A stretch of DNA of 41,372 nt from Candidatus Methylomirabilota bacterium (GCA_019456075.1 VRUN01000006.1:1-41372); one strand, 5' to 3'; counted from the first letter of the stretch, positions 26,837 through 35,814 are shown. The notes: generated from the letters alone by a model not told the origin. Program-made: numbers and translations.

Positions 26837-28423
26837 GTGGAGCGACCATACGATCCGATCAAACTGGAGGTCTTCAAAAATCTCTTTGCTTCAGTCGCCG
26901 AAGAGATGGGGGTTGCCCTGTGTCGAACCGGACACTCTCCCAATATCAAGGAGCGCCGGGATTACTCCTGCGCCATCTTCGACGGCGGGGGGGAGATGAT
27001 CGCACAGGCGGCCCATATCCCCGTTCATCTGGGGTCGATGCCCCTGGCGGTGAAAGGTGCGATGCAGGGGAGGCGCGTCAGCCCGGGAGATACGGTGGTC
27101 CTCAACGACCCGTACCGGGGGGGTACCCATCTCCCTGACATTACCCTTATCTCTCCTATCTTTCGAGAAGAAAGCCCCTCTCCCCTCTTCTTTGTCGCAA
27201 ACCGCGCCCATCACGCCGATGTGGGAGGGATGGCCGCCGGCTCCATGGCGGTGGCCACGGAAATCTTTCAGGAGGGAATTCGAATCCCACCGGTAACACT
27301 CGTGCAAGAGGGGAGGCTGAACCAGGATGTTCTCGATCTCCTGCTGGCCAACGTGCGGACTCCTGACGAGCGGGAGGGGGATCTGGAGGCCCAGCTGGCG
27401 GCGAACGAGACCGGGCGGAGGCGACTTCTCGAGATCGTCGCCCGGTACGGAACGGAAGAGACCCTCCGCGCCATCGAGGAACTCAAGACGTACGCCGAGC
27501 GGATGACCCGAGAGGCCATCCGGCGGATCCCGGATGGTTGCTATACCTTTGAAGATTACCTGGATGATGACGGAATGACCGATGAACCCATTCAGATCGT
27601 CGTGGCCGTGACCATAAGAGGGGATCAGGCCGTGATCGATTTTACGGGGACATCCCCGCAGGTGGCTGGCAGTGTCAATGCCGTGTATGCCGTGACGCTG
27701 TCCGCGGTCTTCTATGTCTTCCGCTGCCTCGTCGACTTTGACATCCCGTCCAATGCGGGGTGCATGATTCCCCTGACCGTGATTGCCCCGGAAGGCACGG
27801 CTGTCAACGCGAGAGCACCGGCGGCCGTGGCGGGCGGGAATGTGGAGATGTCTCAGCGGATTGTGGATGTACTCTTGGGAGCGCTCGCCAAAGCCCTGCC
27901 CGATCGCATCCCCGCGGCGAGCGCCGGGACGATGAGTAACCTCATCATCGGCGGCTCTGATCCGGAGCGCGGACGGAATTACACCTATTACGAAACTATC
28001 GCCGGAGGGATGGGAGCCCGGCCGACGCGAGATGGCATGGATGCGGTGCAGACCCATATGACCAATACCCGGAACACGCCCATTGAAGCCTTGGAACATG
28101 CCTATCCTCTCCGCGTTCTCCGCTACGAGATTCGCCGTGGATCGGGCGGGAAGGGGAGATATCGAGGGGGGGATGGGATCCGGCGTGATATTGCACTGCT
28201 CGCGGACTGCACGGTTGGTCTCCTCTCGGATCGGAGGCGATTTCGACCTTATGGGCTCCAAGGAGGAGAATCCGGTCAGGGAGGAGAAAGTATCCTCGTG
28301 ACCCCCCGTGGGGAGAGGCCCCTCGGTTCCAAGTTTCATATCCAGGCCCGCGCTGGAGAGATCATCAGTATTCGAACCCCCGGAGGAGGCGGACACGGGA
28401 AGGCGGCGGAACCCACCTCATGA
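26837..28423 (+). CDS. Hydantoinase B / 5-oxoprolinase family subunit
   Basis: SPNIKERRDYSCA, HIPVHLGSM, NDPYRGGTHLPD, HHADVGG and TPGGGG; GTG start after GAGGGG. Confidence 0.93.
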   Translation: MERPYDPIKLEVFKNLFASVAEEMGVALCRTGHSPNIKERRDYSCAIFDGGGEMIAQAAHIPVHLGSMPLAVKGAMQGRRVSPGDTVVLNDPYRGGTHLPDITLISPIFREESPSPLFFVANRAHHADVGGMAAGSMAVATEIFQEGIRIPPVTLVQEGRLNQDVLDLLLANVRTPDEREGDLEAQLAANETGRRRLLEIVARYGTEETLRAIEELKTYAERMTREAIRRIPDGCYTFEDYLDDDGMTDEPIQIVVAVTIRGDQAVIDFTGTSPQVAGSVNAVYAVTLSAVFYVFRCLVDFDIPSNAGCMIPLTVIAPEGTAVNARAPAAVAGGNVEMSQRIVDVLLGALAKALPDRIPAASAGTMSNLIIGGSDPERGRNYTYYETIAGGMGARPTRDGMDAVQTHMTNTRNTPIEALEHAYPLRVLRYEIRRGSGGKGRYRGGDGIRRDIALLADCTVGLLSDRRRFRPYGLQGGESGQGGESILVTPRGERPLGSKFHIQARAGEIISIRTPGGGGHGKAAEPTS

Positions 28424-28436
28424 GGAGACAAGGGGG

Positions 28437-28946
28437 ATGAAGGTACACGCAAGAACGGGAGTGGCAATTTGGGGGTGTGTCATTGCCGTGGGACTCTGCG
28501 TCGGCTGTTCCTCTAAGTTTAAACCTTCTCCGAGTGGTCCTGGAGTCCCCCGGATCAGCAATCTCCGCATCGAGCCGCGAGAGGTCGAGAGGGGGGAGCA
28601 GGCAACTTTACGCTTCGATTTTCGAGACACGGACGGGGATATCGTGGATGTCTATCTCGGGCTGAAAAGAAAGGTCCAGGACTTTACCATATCCAAGGGG
28701 CTTCGGCCTGAGGTGATCAGCCGCGGACGCTATTTAGGCCAGTCGGAGGGCACGGCAGAGGAGACGATCACGGTCAGCGGTGAGCGCCGATTGACGCCCC
28801 TCACCGTCGAAAAGCGGGAGTATACAGGACAGGTGGAGCCTGCGCGGTCTCCCTCGGAGCACGGCACCCGGCTCTATGAGGTTTTTGTGGTCGATGAAAA
28901 GGGACAGGTGAGCAATCGCCTTGAGGCGCAGGTGACCGTCCGGTGA
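28437..28946 (+). CDS. Hypothetical lipoprotein with Ig-like beta pattern
   Basis: Lipobox-like CVGC; PRISNLRIEP...FDFRDTDGDI...VVDEKGQVSN. Confidence 0.7.
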   Translation: MKVHARTGVAIWGCVIAVGLCVGCSSKFKPSPSGPGVPRISNLRIEPREVERGEQATLRFDFRDTDGDIVDVYLGLKRKVQDFTISKGLRPEVISRGRYLGQSEGTAEETITVSGERRLTPLTVEKREYTGQVEPARSPSEHGTRLYEVFVVDEKGQVSNRLEAQVTVR

Positions 28947-29887
28947 AGGGAAGCGGCTCGACTGGCGCTCTAAGAATCGGTGAGGCGGCGGATCAGGTAT
29001 GTCTCTTCCCCCGGGAAGTCCAAGGCGGGATTGAGCAGCGGTTGTATCGGGCGGCGCGGCGGCTCCAGAAGGCTCCCCTTACCTGGTTGGCCGCGTCTCG
29101 ATTGACGGAGGTCGTCAGATCGGGGGATGCAGTCGTGCTCCTCACCGGTGCAGGCGCTCCTCCTGAACTCCCGGCTGGCGAGACCGATGGTCCCCTGGGA
29201 ATCGCAGTGCTGGGGCGGGCTCTGCAACTAGGCCTGGGGGCTCGGCCCGTTGTGATCTCGGAGGAGAGAAACCTGGGACCAATTCGCGCGGCGCTAGAGG
29301 TGACGCGAGCAGCCTGCTCTCTCCTCCCCATCCCCTGTGGCCGGGAAGACCCAGGGTATCGCCTGCTAGAGGAGCTTCGCCCGACGGCCCTCATCAGCGT
29401 GGAGAAGCTGGGTCCCAATCCGAAGGGGGTCATCCACGATACGCGGGGCCGTGATGTTTCGGCAAGTCACGCGTCTGTCCGGGGGCTGTTTGATAGCGCC
29501 AGAGACCGGGGCGTCCTCACCGTGGCGGTCGGAGATCGGGGAAACGAGGTGGGCTTTGGGCTCCTCGGCGGCCCTCACGTGAGACCCCGGCTTCGCCCGG
29601 GCCGGTGTCGGTGTCCCTGCCGGGGAAGTATCGCCTGTGATATCCGGGCGGATGTCCTCGTCGTGAGCTCTATCTCTAACTGGGGAGCTTACGGCGTGGT
29701 GACCTGCTTGCAAACTCTTACCGATCGTCGCCTCCTGCACACTCCGGAGGATGAAGCGGCGATGCTCGAGGCTGCCGTCAATGCAGGGGCACGGGACGGG
29801 GTGACCCATACGGCAACCTTCACGGTTGACGGGGCCGATCTGACAGTTCAGCAGGCGGTGGTGACGCTGCTCGGTAATATTCAGTAA
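28943..29887 (+). CDS. DUF4392 (D-glutamate cyclase C-terminal-like) protein
   Basis: ETDGPLG, ISVEKLG, GDRGNEVGFG, SNWGAYG and DGVT motifs; GTGA overlap with the previous gene. Confidence 0.85.
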   Translation: MKGSGSTGALRIGEAADQVCLFPREVQGGIEQRLYRAARRLQKAPLTWLAASRLTEVVRSGDAVVLLTGAGAPPELPAGETDGPLGIAVLGRALQLGLGARPVVISEERNLGPIRAALEVTRAACSLLPIPCGREDPGYRLLEELRPTALISVEKLGPNPKGVIHDTRGRDVSASHASVRGLFDSARDRGVLTVAVGDRGNEVGFGLLGGPHVRPRLRPGRCRCPCRGSIACDIRADVLVVSSISNWGAYGVVTCLQTLTDRRLLHTPEDEAAMLEAAVNAGARDGVTHTATFTVDGADLTVQQAVVTLLGNIQ

Positions 29888-29905
29888 GAGGGGGTACGTG
29901 CATCA

Positions 29906-30904
29906 ATGACGGAACTCAGGAAAGACCCGTTGACCAGTCGGTGGGTAATCATCTCCACGGAGCGCGCGAGCCGCCCGTCCGACTTCAACTCGGAGCGCCG
30001 TCGTCGACATGCGGGTCCCTGTCCCTTTTGCCCAGGAAATGAGGAAGAGACCCCGCCAGAGATCATGGCCTATCGGAATGGTGGCGGGCTCCCCAACACC
30101 CCGGGATGGCGCGTCCGGGTCGTCGCCAACAAGTTCCCAGCCCTCGTGACCGAGGGAGATCCTCATCGGCAGGGAGAAGGGATATACGATAGGATGCACG
30201 GGGTCGGGGCGCACGAGATCATCATCGAGACTCCCCACCACGATCAGACGATGGCCACCATGCCGGAGCAACAAATCGAGGATGTCTTATTGGCCTATCG
30301 GGATCGGATCCTCGACCTCAAGCAGAACCCCCGATTGCAATATGTGTTGATCTTCAAGAACCACGGTGAAGCCGCGGGAGCTTCGCTCGAGCATCCCCAT
30401 TCCCAGCTCATCGCGACGCCTATTATCCCCAAGTTGGTGCGGGAAGAGGTGGATGGGGCCAAGCAGTACTACGACTCCACGGAGCGTTGCGTGTACTGTG
30501 ACATGATCCGGCAGGAGCTTACCCAGAAGAAGCGTGTGATCACGGTGAACGATCATTTCGTGGCCCTGGCGCCATTCGCCTCCCGATTCCCCTTTGAAAC
30601 CTGGATCCTTCCCCGGACTCACGATGCCTTCTTTGAGGATGCGCGACGGGAAGCGTATGCGAGTCTCGCCCGGATACTTCGGGAAACTTTTCAACGGTTT
30701 GAACAGGTGCTGTCGAATCCCCCTTATAACTGGGTGATTCACACCTCTCCCTTCCGAGAGGATGATCGTCTCCACTATCACTGGCACCTCGAGATAACTC
30801 CGAGGCTGATTCAGGTGGCTGGCTTCGAGTGGGGAACCGGTTTCTATATCAACCCCACCCCCCCTGAAGAGGCGGCTCAATACCTCCGGGATGCAGGGGC
30901 GTAG
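29906..30904 (+). CDS. galT: Galactose-1-phosphate uridylyltransferase (GalT family)
   Basis: ELRKDPL, CPFCPGNE, NKFPAL, GASLEHPHSQ (HPH nucleophile) and AGFEWGTG. Confidence 0.92.
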   Translation: MTELRKDPLTSRWVIISTERASRPSDFNSERRRRHAGPCPFCPGNEEETPPEIMAYRNGGGLPNTPGWRVRVVANKFPALVTEGDPHRQGEGIYDRMHGVGAHEIIIETPHHDQTMATMPEQQIEDVLLAYRDRILDLKQNPRLQYVLIFKNHGEAAGASLEHPHSQLIATPIIPKLVREEVDGAKQYYDSTERCVYCDMIRQELTQKKRVITVNDHFVALAPFASRFPFETWILPRTHDAFFEDARREAYASLARILRETFQRFEQVLSNPPYNWVIHTSPFREDDRLHYHWHLEITPRLIQVAGFEWGTGFYINPTPPEEAAQYLRDAGA

Positions 30905-31069
30905 GAATCTCACTCCAAATTAGATCCTGCTAATGAAACGGGCAAGGCATAGATATCTGCTTAATTCGTAGGCATGAACAGAAGGTGATGAAGGAAAAGG
31001 GGAAAGCGCTAGATCCAGCATTCTCATGAACTTTCCGTGGGTTGGGAGGTCCGGGAATGGAAAAAAGGA

Positions 31070-31086
31070 TTGGCATAGGGCTTGCT
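31070..31086 (+). promoter_or_regulatory. Sigma54 (-24/-12) promoter of glnB
   Basis: TTGGCATAGGGCTTGCT with exact GG-n10-GC spacing, about 90 nt upstream of glnB. Confidence 0.8.
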
Positions 31087-31106
31087 CCCTTGCGGGGCGT
31101 TGTTGA

Positions 31107-31512
<406 letters not shown>

Positions 31513-31514
<2 letters not shown>

Positions 31515-31582
31515 TTCCTGGTTCACGGTTCACCGTTCACAGATTGGGGTCCGCGATTGGTGTTAGGTGGTTCGTGATTAGT
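31513..31582. repeat. Degenerate heptamer tandem array (single arm)
   Basis: gattcct ggttcac ggttcac cgttcac agattgg ggtccgc gattggt gttaggt ggttcgt gattagt. Confidence 0.7.
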
Positions 31583-31587
31583 GGGTG

Positions 31588-31695
31588 ATGGTGGACGTCA
31601 TCGAGACCTGGCTGTGGTACAAGCGGACGAAGGAGGTGGATCCGGTCCGGCTCCGGCCCCATCCGTACGAGTGTGTCTTGTATTTCGATCTATAG
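31588..31695 (+). pseudogene. glnA: glnA C-terminal remnant or micro-ORF (35 aa)
   Basis: [35 protein letters not shown] follows the type I glutamine synthetase C-terminal pattern (D-x-IETW-x2-YK...EVDP[15 protein letters not shown]); in-frame stop upstream at 31579. Confidence 0.85.
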
Positions 31696-31714
31696 GTCGT
31701 CGCCGTCTCCTCCG

Positions 31715-31750
31715 AGGGCCCCGCGGGATCGCGGAGCCCTTTTTCCTTTT
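31715..31750 (+). terminator. Intrinsic terminator of the glnB-(glnA) transcript
   Basis: AGGGCCCCGCG-GGAT-CGCGGAGCCCT followed by TTTTCCTTTT. Confidence 0.8.
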
Positions 31751-31781
31751 GATTCCATTTCCAATGTCTGCATGAAGGCAG

Positions 31782-31810
31782 TTGACCTCATCTGGGCCTC
31801 CCAGTAATGT
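31782..31810 (+). promoter_or_regulatory. Putative sigma70 promoter (possibly leaderless transcript)
   Basis: TTGACC-17 nt-TAATGT ending 7 nt before ATG 31818. Confidence 0.5.
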
Positions 31811-31817
31811 GGGGAGC

Positions 31818-32489
31818 ATGGGAACGCGGATCCTCGATTTTCGGTTCGGGCTCATCGATCTTGAGGGTGTGATCTTCAACCCTGGGATTCTTTACCGGCG
31901 GGAGTTCGGTCGGTTCCTGCAGGGACGGTACAATATCTCAGCGAAAGAGGCCCTCGTCTTCTACCAGGCCCATGAGGCACTCCCCCTGGAAGGGAAGTTT
32001 GATCGCCTCCTTGCCCAGCACGGCCGTCCACCGGGAGAGACGGCTGAGGCGGTTACCGCATTTCGAACGTCTGTGGCAGCGTCACGGCCGGTTGTTTCGG
32101 AAGGGGCCAGGGAGCTCTTGGAGATCCTGGTTTCTCGAGAGGCACAACTGTTTGCCCTGTCCGAGGCAGAGTCCCGGATCGCCGATGTCAAGATACAAGA
32201 GGTGGAGCTGCGGAATTTCTTTGGGCATATGATAGGGACCGAACACGCTCCGCGAGGGCGCGGGCAGATCGCGTTCTGTGGAGACGTCGTCGGGCTGCCG
32301 CTTGAAGCCTTTGCCGGGCAAAGTTTCGTTCTCGCCAGCAGCCCTGAGGATGTCGTGGCGGCGAGGGAGCTCGGGTTCTACAGTATCGGTATCGCTCATC
32401 TGTTTCCAGAGGACGCCTTGAAGGCGCATGGGGCTCACGAGGTGTATCGGCATATTGCCTACCTGTCTCTGCACCTCCGCCATGCTTAG
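31818..32489 (+). CDS. HAD-like hydrolase fold protein with degenerate motifs
   Basis: LIDLEGVI (motif I, DxE), GARELLEIL, and VLASSPEDVVAARELG where GD-x3-D is expected. Confidence 0.75.
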   Translation: MGTRILDFRFGLIDLEGVIFNPGILYRREFGRFLQGRYNISAKEALVFYQAHEALPLEGKFDRLLAQHGRPPGETAEAVTAFRTSVAASRPVVSEGARELLEILVSREAQLFALSEAESRIADVKIQEVELRNFFGHMIGTEHAPRGRGQIAFCGDVVGLPLEAFAGQSFVLASSPEDVVAARELGFYSIGIAHLFPEDALKAHGAHEVYRHIAYLSLHLRHA

Positions 32490-32510
32490 AACGGCTATCA
32501 GACGCAAACC

Positions 32511-32666
32511 GCTAGCAGGCTGGTAAGCTAGCATGCTGGCATGCTAGAAAACCAGGAAAGCAGGAAACATCCAGAGTTCTACCTCGCTAGCGTACTAGCG
32601 TTGTGGCTTTCCAGCCTTCTAGCGTGCTAGCCTTCTAGCTTTCTGGTGCGGACCGCTGACTGCTGG
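32511..32666. repeat. Inverted octamer repeat array (GCTRGCAW / TCTAGCYT) with a short heptamer tail
   Basis: gctagcag gctggtaa gctagcat gctggcat gctagaaa ... gctagcgt actagcgt ... tccagcct tctagcgt gctagcct tctagctt. Confidence 0.8.
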
Positions 32667-32679
32667 TTTTAGGGTCGGG

Positions 32680-33258
32680 ATGCGCGAAGAGGACGCGATC
32701 ACACAATTACGGGAGGGAGAGGATATGGCACGCCGTCAGGCTGCCGACCTGCTGGGGGCGATCGGCCGGGCTCAGGCTGTGGAACCGCTGGTTCAGGCTC
32801 TACAGGATGAGGATTGGGGGGTGCGAACCATTGCCGAGCGCTCGCTGTGGCAAATCTGGTGTCGGTCTGGCGATTCAGCGGTAGATGCCCTGCTGCAGGA
32901 AGGAATCCACGCCTTGGACCAGAGCGCGTGGGCGGAGGCGGTCGCTCAGTTCACCACGGTCATTGAGAGGGCTCCCGAATTTGCCGAAGGGTATAACAAG
33001 CGGGCGACCACCTACTACGTGATGGGGGAGTATGCGCAGGCCATCGCCGACTGTGAGGCCACGGTCGCCCGGAATCCGTACCACTTCGGGGCTTTGAGTG
33101 GGGCAGCGCAGTGTTACCTGGCCCTGGGCCGGCTGGAGAAGGCCCGGGACCTATTCCGGAGGGCCTTAGCGGTAAACCCCAACATGCCGGGGGTGGAGCA
33201 GAATCTCGCTGGCGTTGAGCGTTCCCTGCGAGGCGGCGGCAATGGGTCCCATTCGTAA
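32680..33258 (+). CDS. HEAT-repeat plus tetratricopeptide repeat protein
   Basis: AVEPLVQALQDEDWGVR (HEAT); PEFAEGYNKRAT, NPYHFGALSG and ALAVNPNM (TPR). Confidence 0.88.
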   Translation: MREEDAITQLREGEDMARRQAADLLGAIGRAQAVEPLVQALQDEDWGVRTIAERSLWQIWCRSGDSAVDALLQEGIHALDQSAWAEAVAQFTTVIERAPEFAEGYNKRATTYYVMGEYAQAIADCEATVARNPYHFGALSGAAQCYLALGRLEKARDLFRRALAVNPNMPGVEQNLAGVERSLRGGGNGSHS

Positions 33259-33266
33259 GGGAAGGT

Positions 33267-33908
33267 TCAGGCGATTCGGAGGCACGAGAGCGGCTGGGCG
33301 GTGAGACCCAGAAGGACTTGGATCGTCGGGGGAAAGGGCTCGGTCTTTGTAAGAAAGCACCGGATGTAAATGGCCGTTGCCCGTTTGTTTCCTTCGAGGA
33401 TCGTCCATGTCTTTCCCCCGGGACGCCCCATCAAGATGAGTGGAAACGGGATCTCGGCCCCCTTCAGTCGATTTCGGATCTCGCGTACATGTGTGATCAC
33501 CGCATGGGCCTCTTGAGCCCAGCGGCCCTTTGCCTTGGGGGGGACGGTTTCCCTGGCGACCACGGCCGCCGCCGCTGACAGGCGCCCGGTGCCGCGGGAA
33601 AGAAGGGTCCAGGTCGGATAGTTAATCACCCGGAGCCTTCGAAATTCTTGGGGGGTGATCGCGGCTCGCCACCACTGCGTGTGTTGGGGAAGGATTCCCC
33701 AGGTGTCTCCTCGGTGAAGGTGTAACGCCTGCTGTCGCAAGAGATTTTCCCGGCGGTTGGTCAGGGTCGGCCTCTCAACGGCACGCAGGGGAAGGTGAAA
33801 CTGTTTCAGGGCCTGTACGACCCGAGGACGAAACCGGGGAGAGGAAAGCTCTGCTTTGAGCCAGCTGGCGGCGACGAGGTCGCGACTCACCTGTTCTAGG
33901 AAGATCAT
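33267..33908 (-). CDS. Hypothetical protein with ParB/Srx-like motif
   Basis: PLILMG...WTILEGNKRATA resembles the ParB/Srx IxDGxHR motif; co-oriented after the SDR gene. Confidence 0.6.
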   Translation of the reverse strand: MIFLEQVSRDLVAASWLKAELSSPRFRPRVVQALKQFHLPLRAVERPTLTNRRENLLRQQALHLHRGDTWGILPQHTQWWRAAITPQEFRRLRVINYPTWTLLSRGTGRLSAAAAVVARETVPPKAKGRWAQEAHAVITHVREIRNRLKGAEIPFPLILMGRPGGKTWTILEGNKRATAIYIRCFLTKTEPFPPTIQVLLGLTAQPLSCLRIA

Positions 33909-33958
33909 AGGGGGGCTGAGGCCTCATCCCTTCGTGGGTTTCGCTGTGCCCGCCCTGT

Positions 33959-34666
33959 TCACGCTCGACTGGGCTTTGTCGGTCGCATCTCGATCCGGGT
34001 AGCCATGGTTCGGGACGGGGATTTGAGCAAGGTGATCACCATATCAGCGATCTGCTCGGGGAGAATGGCCCACCCTTTTTTTCCGCTCGAAAAGTCTGTC
34101 TCCACACTCCCGGGCATGATGTGACTCACGCGAATTCCATCGTAGCGAACCTCTTGGAATAGTGCCTCGCTGAAACCGAGGAGGCCGAACTTCGACGCGT
34201 TGTAGGCGGCCATCATCGGGTGGGCGTTCGCCCCGGCGAGGGAGCCGATGTTGACGATATACCCGCCTCCTCGCGTCCGGAGGTGAGGAATGGCCTCGTG
34301 GCAACAGTAGAAGACCCCGGTGAGATTGGTGTCGATGATCTCGTGCCATTCCTCGGGCTTGAGATCAGCGACGGAGGCGGTGTGGGCGACCCCGGCGTTA
34401 TTCACGAGGATATCGAGGCCTCCGAGCTCTCGAATGGCGAAGTCAATCAGCCGCTGAACCTGGCCGTGCTCCCGGACATCGCAGGCGATCCCTACTACCC
34501 TTCCCTTTTCCCGCTCGCGACACGCCGCCACGGTCCGATCCACGTCCCGCTGGCGGCGGGAGCAGATCACGACTGAAACCTCCTCGTCGATCAAAGCCTC
34601 CGCAATGGCGCGGCCAATTCCTCGCGTGCTCCCCGTGACCACCGCCACCTTTCCTTTGAGCGACAC
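33959..34666 (-). CDS. Short-chain dehydrogenase/reductase
   Basis: TGSTRGIG, NNAG and YNASK; AGGAGG RBS before GTG 34666 (the ORF-track extension to 34756 runs through repeats). Confidence 0.93.
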   Translation of the reverse strand: MSLKGKVAVVTGSTRGIGRAIAEALIDEEVSVVICSRRQRDVDRTVAACREREKGRVVGIACDVREHGQVQRLIDFAIRELGGLDILVNNAGVAHTASVADLKPEEWHEIIDTNLTGVFYCCHEAIPHLRTRGGGYIVNIGSLAGANAHPMMAAYNASKFGLLGFSEALFQEVRYDGIRVSHIMPGSVETDFSSGKKGWAILPEQIADMVITLLKSPSRTMATRIEMRPTKPSRA

Positions 34667-34695
34667 GCGCTGCACCTCCTGACGACCGATAAGTG

Positions 34696-34836
34696 TAGCC
34701 GTCAGCAACTCTCCAGCGGTCAGCGGCCAGCAAAAATTCAAACCTACCAAGAGCACCCTAAGCTGATCGCTGACGGCTGATAGCTGATAGCTTCAAAAGC
34801 TGCTGACCGCTGATCGCTGACTGCTGATGGCTGGTT
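34696..34836. repeat. Inverted heptamer repeat array (CAGCGGY / GCTGAYN)
   Basis: cagcggt cagcggc cagcaaa, spacer, gctgatc gctgacg gctgata gctgata ... gctgacc gctgatc gctgact gctgatg. Confidence 0.85.
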
Positions 34837-34838
34837 TT

Positions 34839-34867
34839 ACTATAGCGGGTTTCCTTCGCTTTGCCAA
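34839..34867 (-). promoter_or_regulatory. Putative sigma70 promoter of the SDR gene
   Basis: Minus strand TTGGCA-17 nt-TATAGT. Confidence 0.6.
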
Positions 34868-34982
34868 TGGGAGGAGGGTTGTTTCGGTCTCTGCAGCAGA
34901 GGTGTGGGACATTTTGACAAATCGGCATGACATTTTGGCCTGGTCGGAATCGCCAGAGGGGAGAGCAAAAGACAGGGGAGGG

Positions 34983-35681
34983 CTAGTGGAGAGGCGGGCC
35001 GAATCGGGAACCCGCCGGCAGTGGAAATGTCTCGCCGCACACGCGATCCACGAGGGTCCCGATGAGGGTAGTCTCTGACGGCCTGGGATCGAGGAACTGC
35101 ACTCCCATCCCCATAGTGGCAGCTGGGTCTACTTCATCACTTCGCATCCACACGACTCGCGCCAGAACTGAAAAGGTATGGGACAGGTGCGGCAGGTTGA
35201 ACTTGAGGGAGACCTGTGACCCCGGCTGGACCGGCTGGGTCGTTGAGATGAACATCCCGCCGCGGCTCAGGTTTATGCATGTCCCGCGACCGGCCGTCCC
35301 CGCCTCGATGTAGTCTACAGGGAACTGGACGGGAGCGCGGGTGTGAGACTGCCGTTCGGCGCGATATACCCATTGGCGGACCAGGTGTGGATCAACCGAT
35401 TGCTGGAAGGCCAATCCGTGAGGCACTTTGATCCCCACGGAGGTCGGTGTGCCGCGCTCTACCCAGACGACGTAGGCGCGCAATAGATCTCCGTCACCGA
35501 TCTGGAGTAAAACCGGCGTCCCGACCGGGAGGGTTTCGGGCAGCAGGATTTCGAGCCCGCCGGCACTGATGGATCGGGTCTTTCCCGTGACCCCTCTTGA
35601 GCGGGCGCCTCCAGGGGTCGTGCACTGAACCGGCAGGTAGACCTCAAACCGGGGGTCACCGCCCTGTGTATGGTCAGTCAT
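34983..35681 (-). CDS. Tandem PilZ domain protein
   Basis: TRSISAGG...VVW...HGLAF and CINLSRGGMFI...ARVVW...GMGVQF; GGAGG RBS. Confidence 0.88.
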   Translation of the reverse strand: MTDHTQGGDPRFEVYLPVQCTTPGGARSRGVTGKTRSISAGGLEILLPETLPVGTPVLLQIGDGDLLRAYVVWVERGTPTSVGIKVPHGLAFQQSVDPHLVRQWVYRAERQSHTRAPVQFPVDYIEAGTAGRGTCINLSRGGMFISTTQPVQPGSQVSLKFNLPHLSHTFSVLARVVWMRSDEVDPAATMGMGVQFLDPRPSETTLIGTLVDRVCGETFPLPAGSRFGPPLH

Positions 35682-35715
35682 GTGTCACCTCCAGCACGAT
35701 TTACGGACATATGGG

Positions 35716-35731
35716 GCAAGGGTCGTGCCAA
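35716..35731 (-). promoter_or_regulatory. Sigma54 promoter of the PilZ gene
   Basis: Minus strand TTGGCACGACCCTTGC, 34 nt upstream of the ATG. Confidence 0.78.
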
Positions 35732-35814
35732 ATCAAGCCTTTCTTTTACACGCGGTCTACGAAAAGGTCTTCAGGCAAGCGGAGGGCTAAGGGCCGAAGG
35801 TCAAGAGGAGGGGA

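Noticed and set aside
24700-28396. 358-aa, 255-aa and 501-aa minus-strand ORFs
   Set aside because: Antisense shadows of the hydantoinase/oxoprolinase genes.
30944-30962. Second sigma54-like site AGGCATAGATATCTGC
   Set aside because: GG to GC spacing is 11 rather than the required 10.
35760-35810. Possible fifth heptamer array (agggcta agggccg aaggtca)
   Set aside because: Only about three poorly matching units and no inverted arm.
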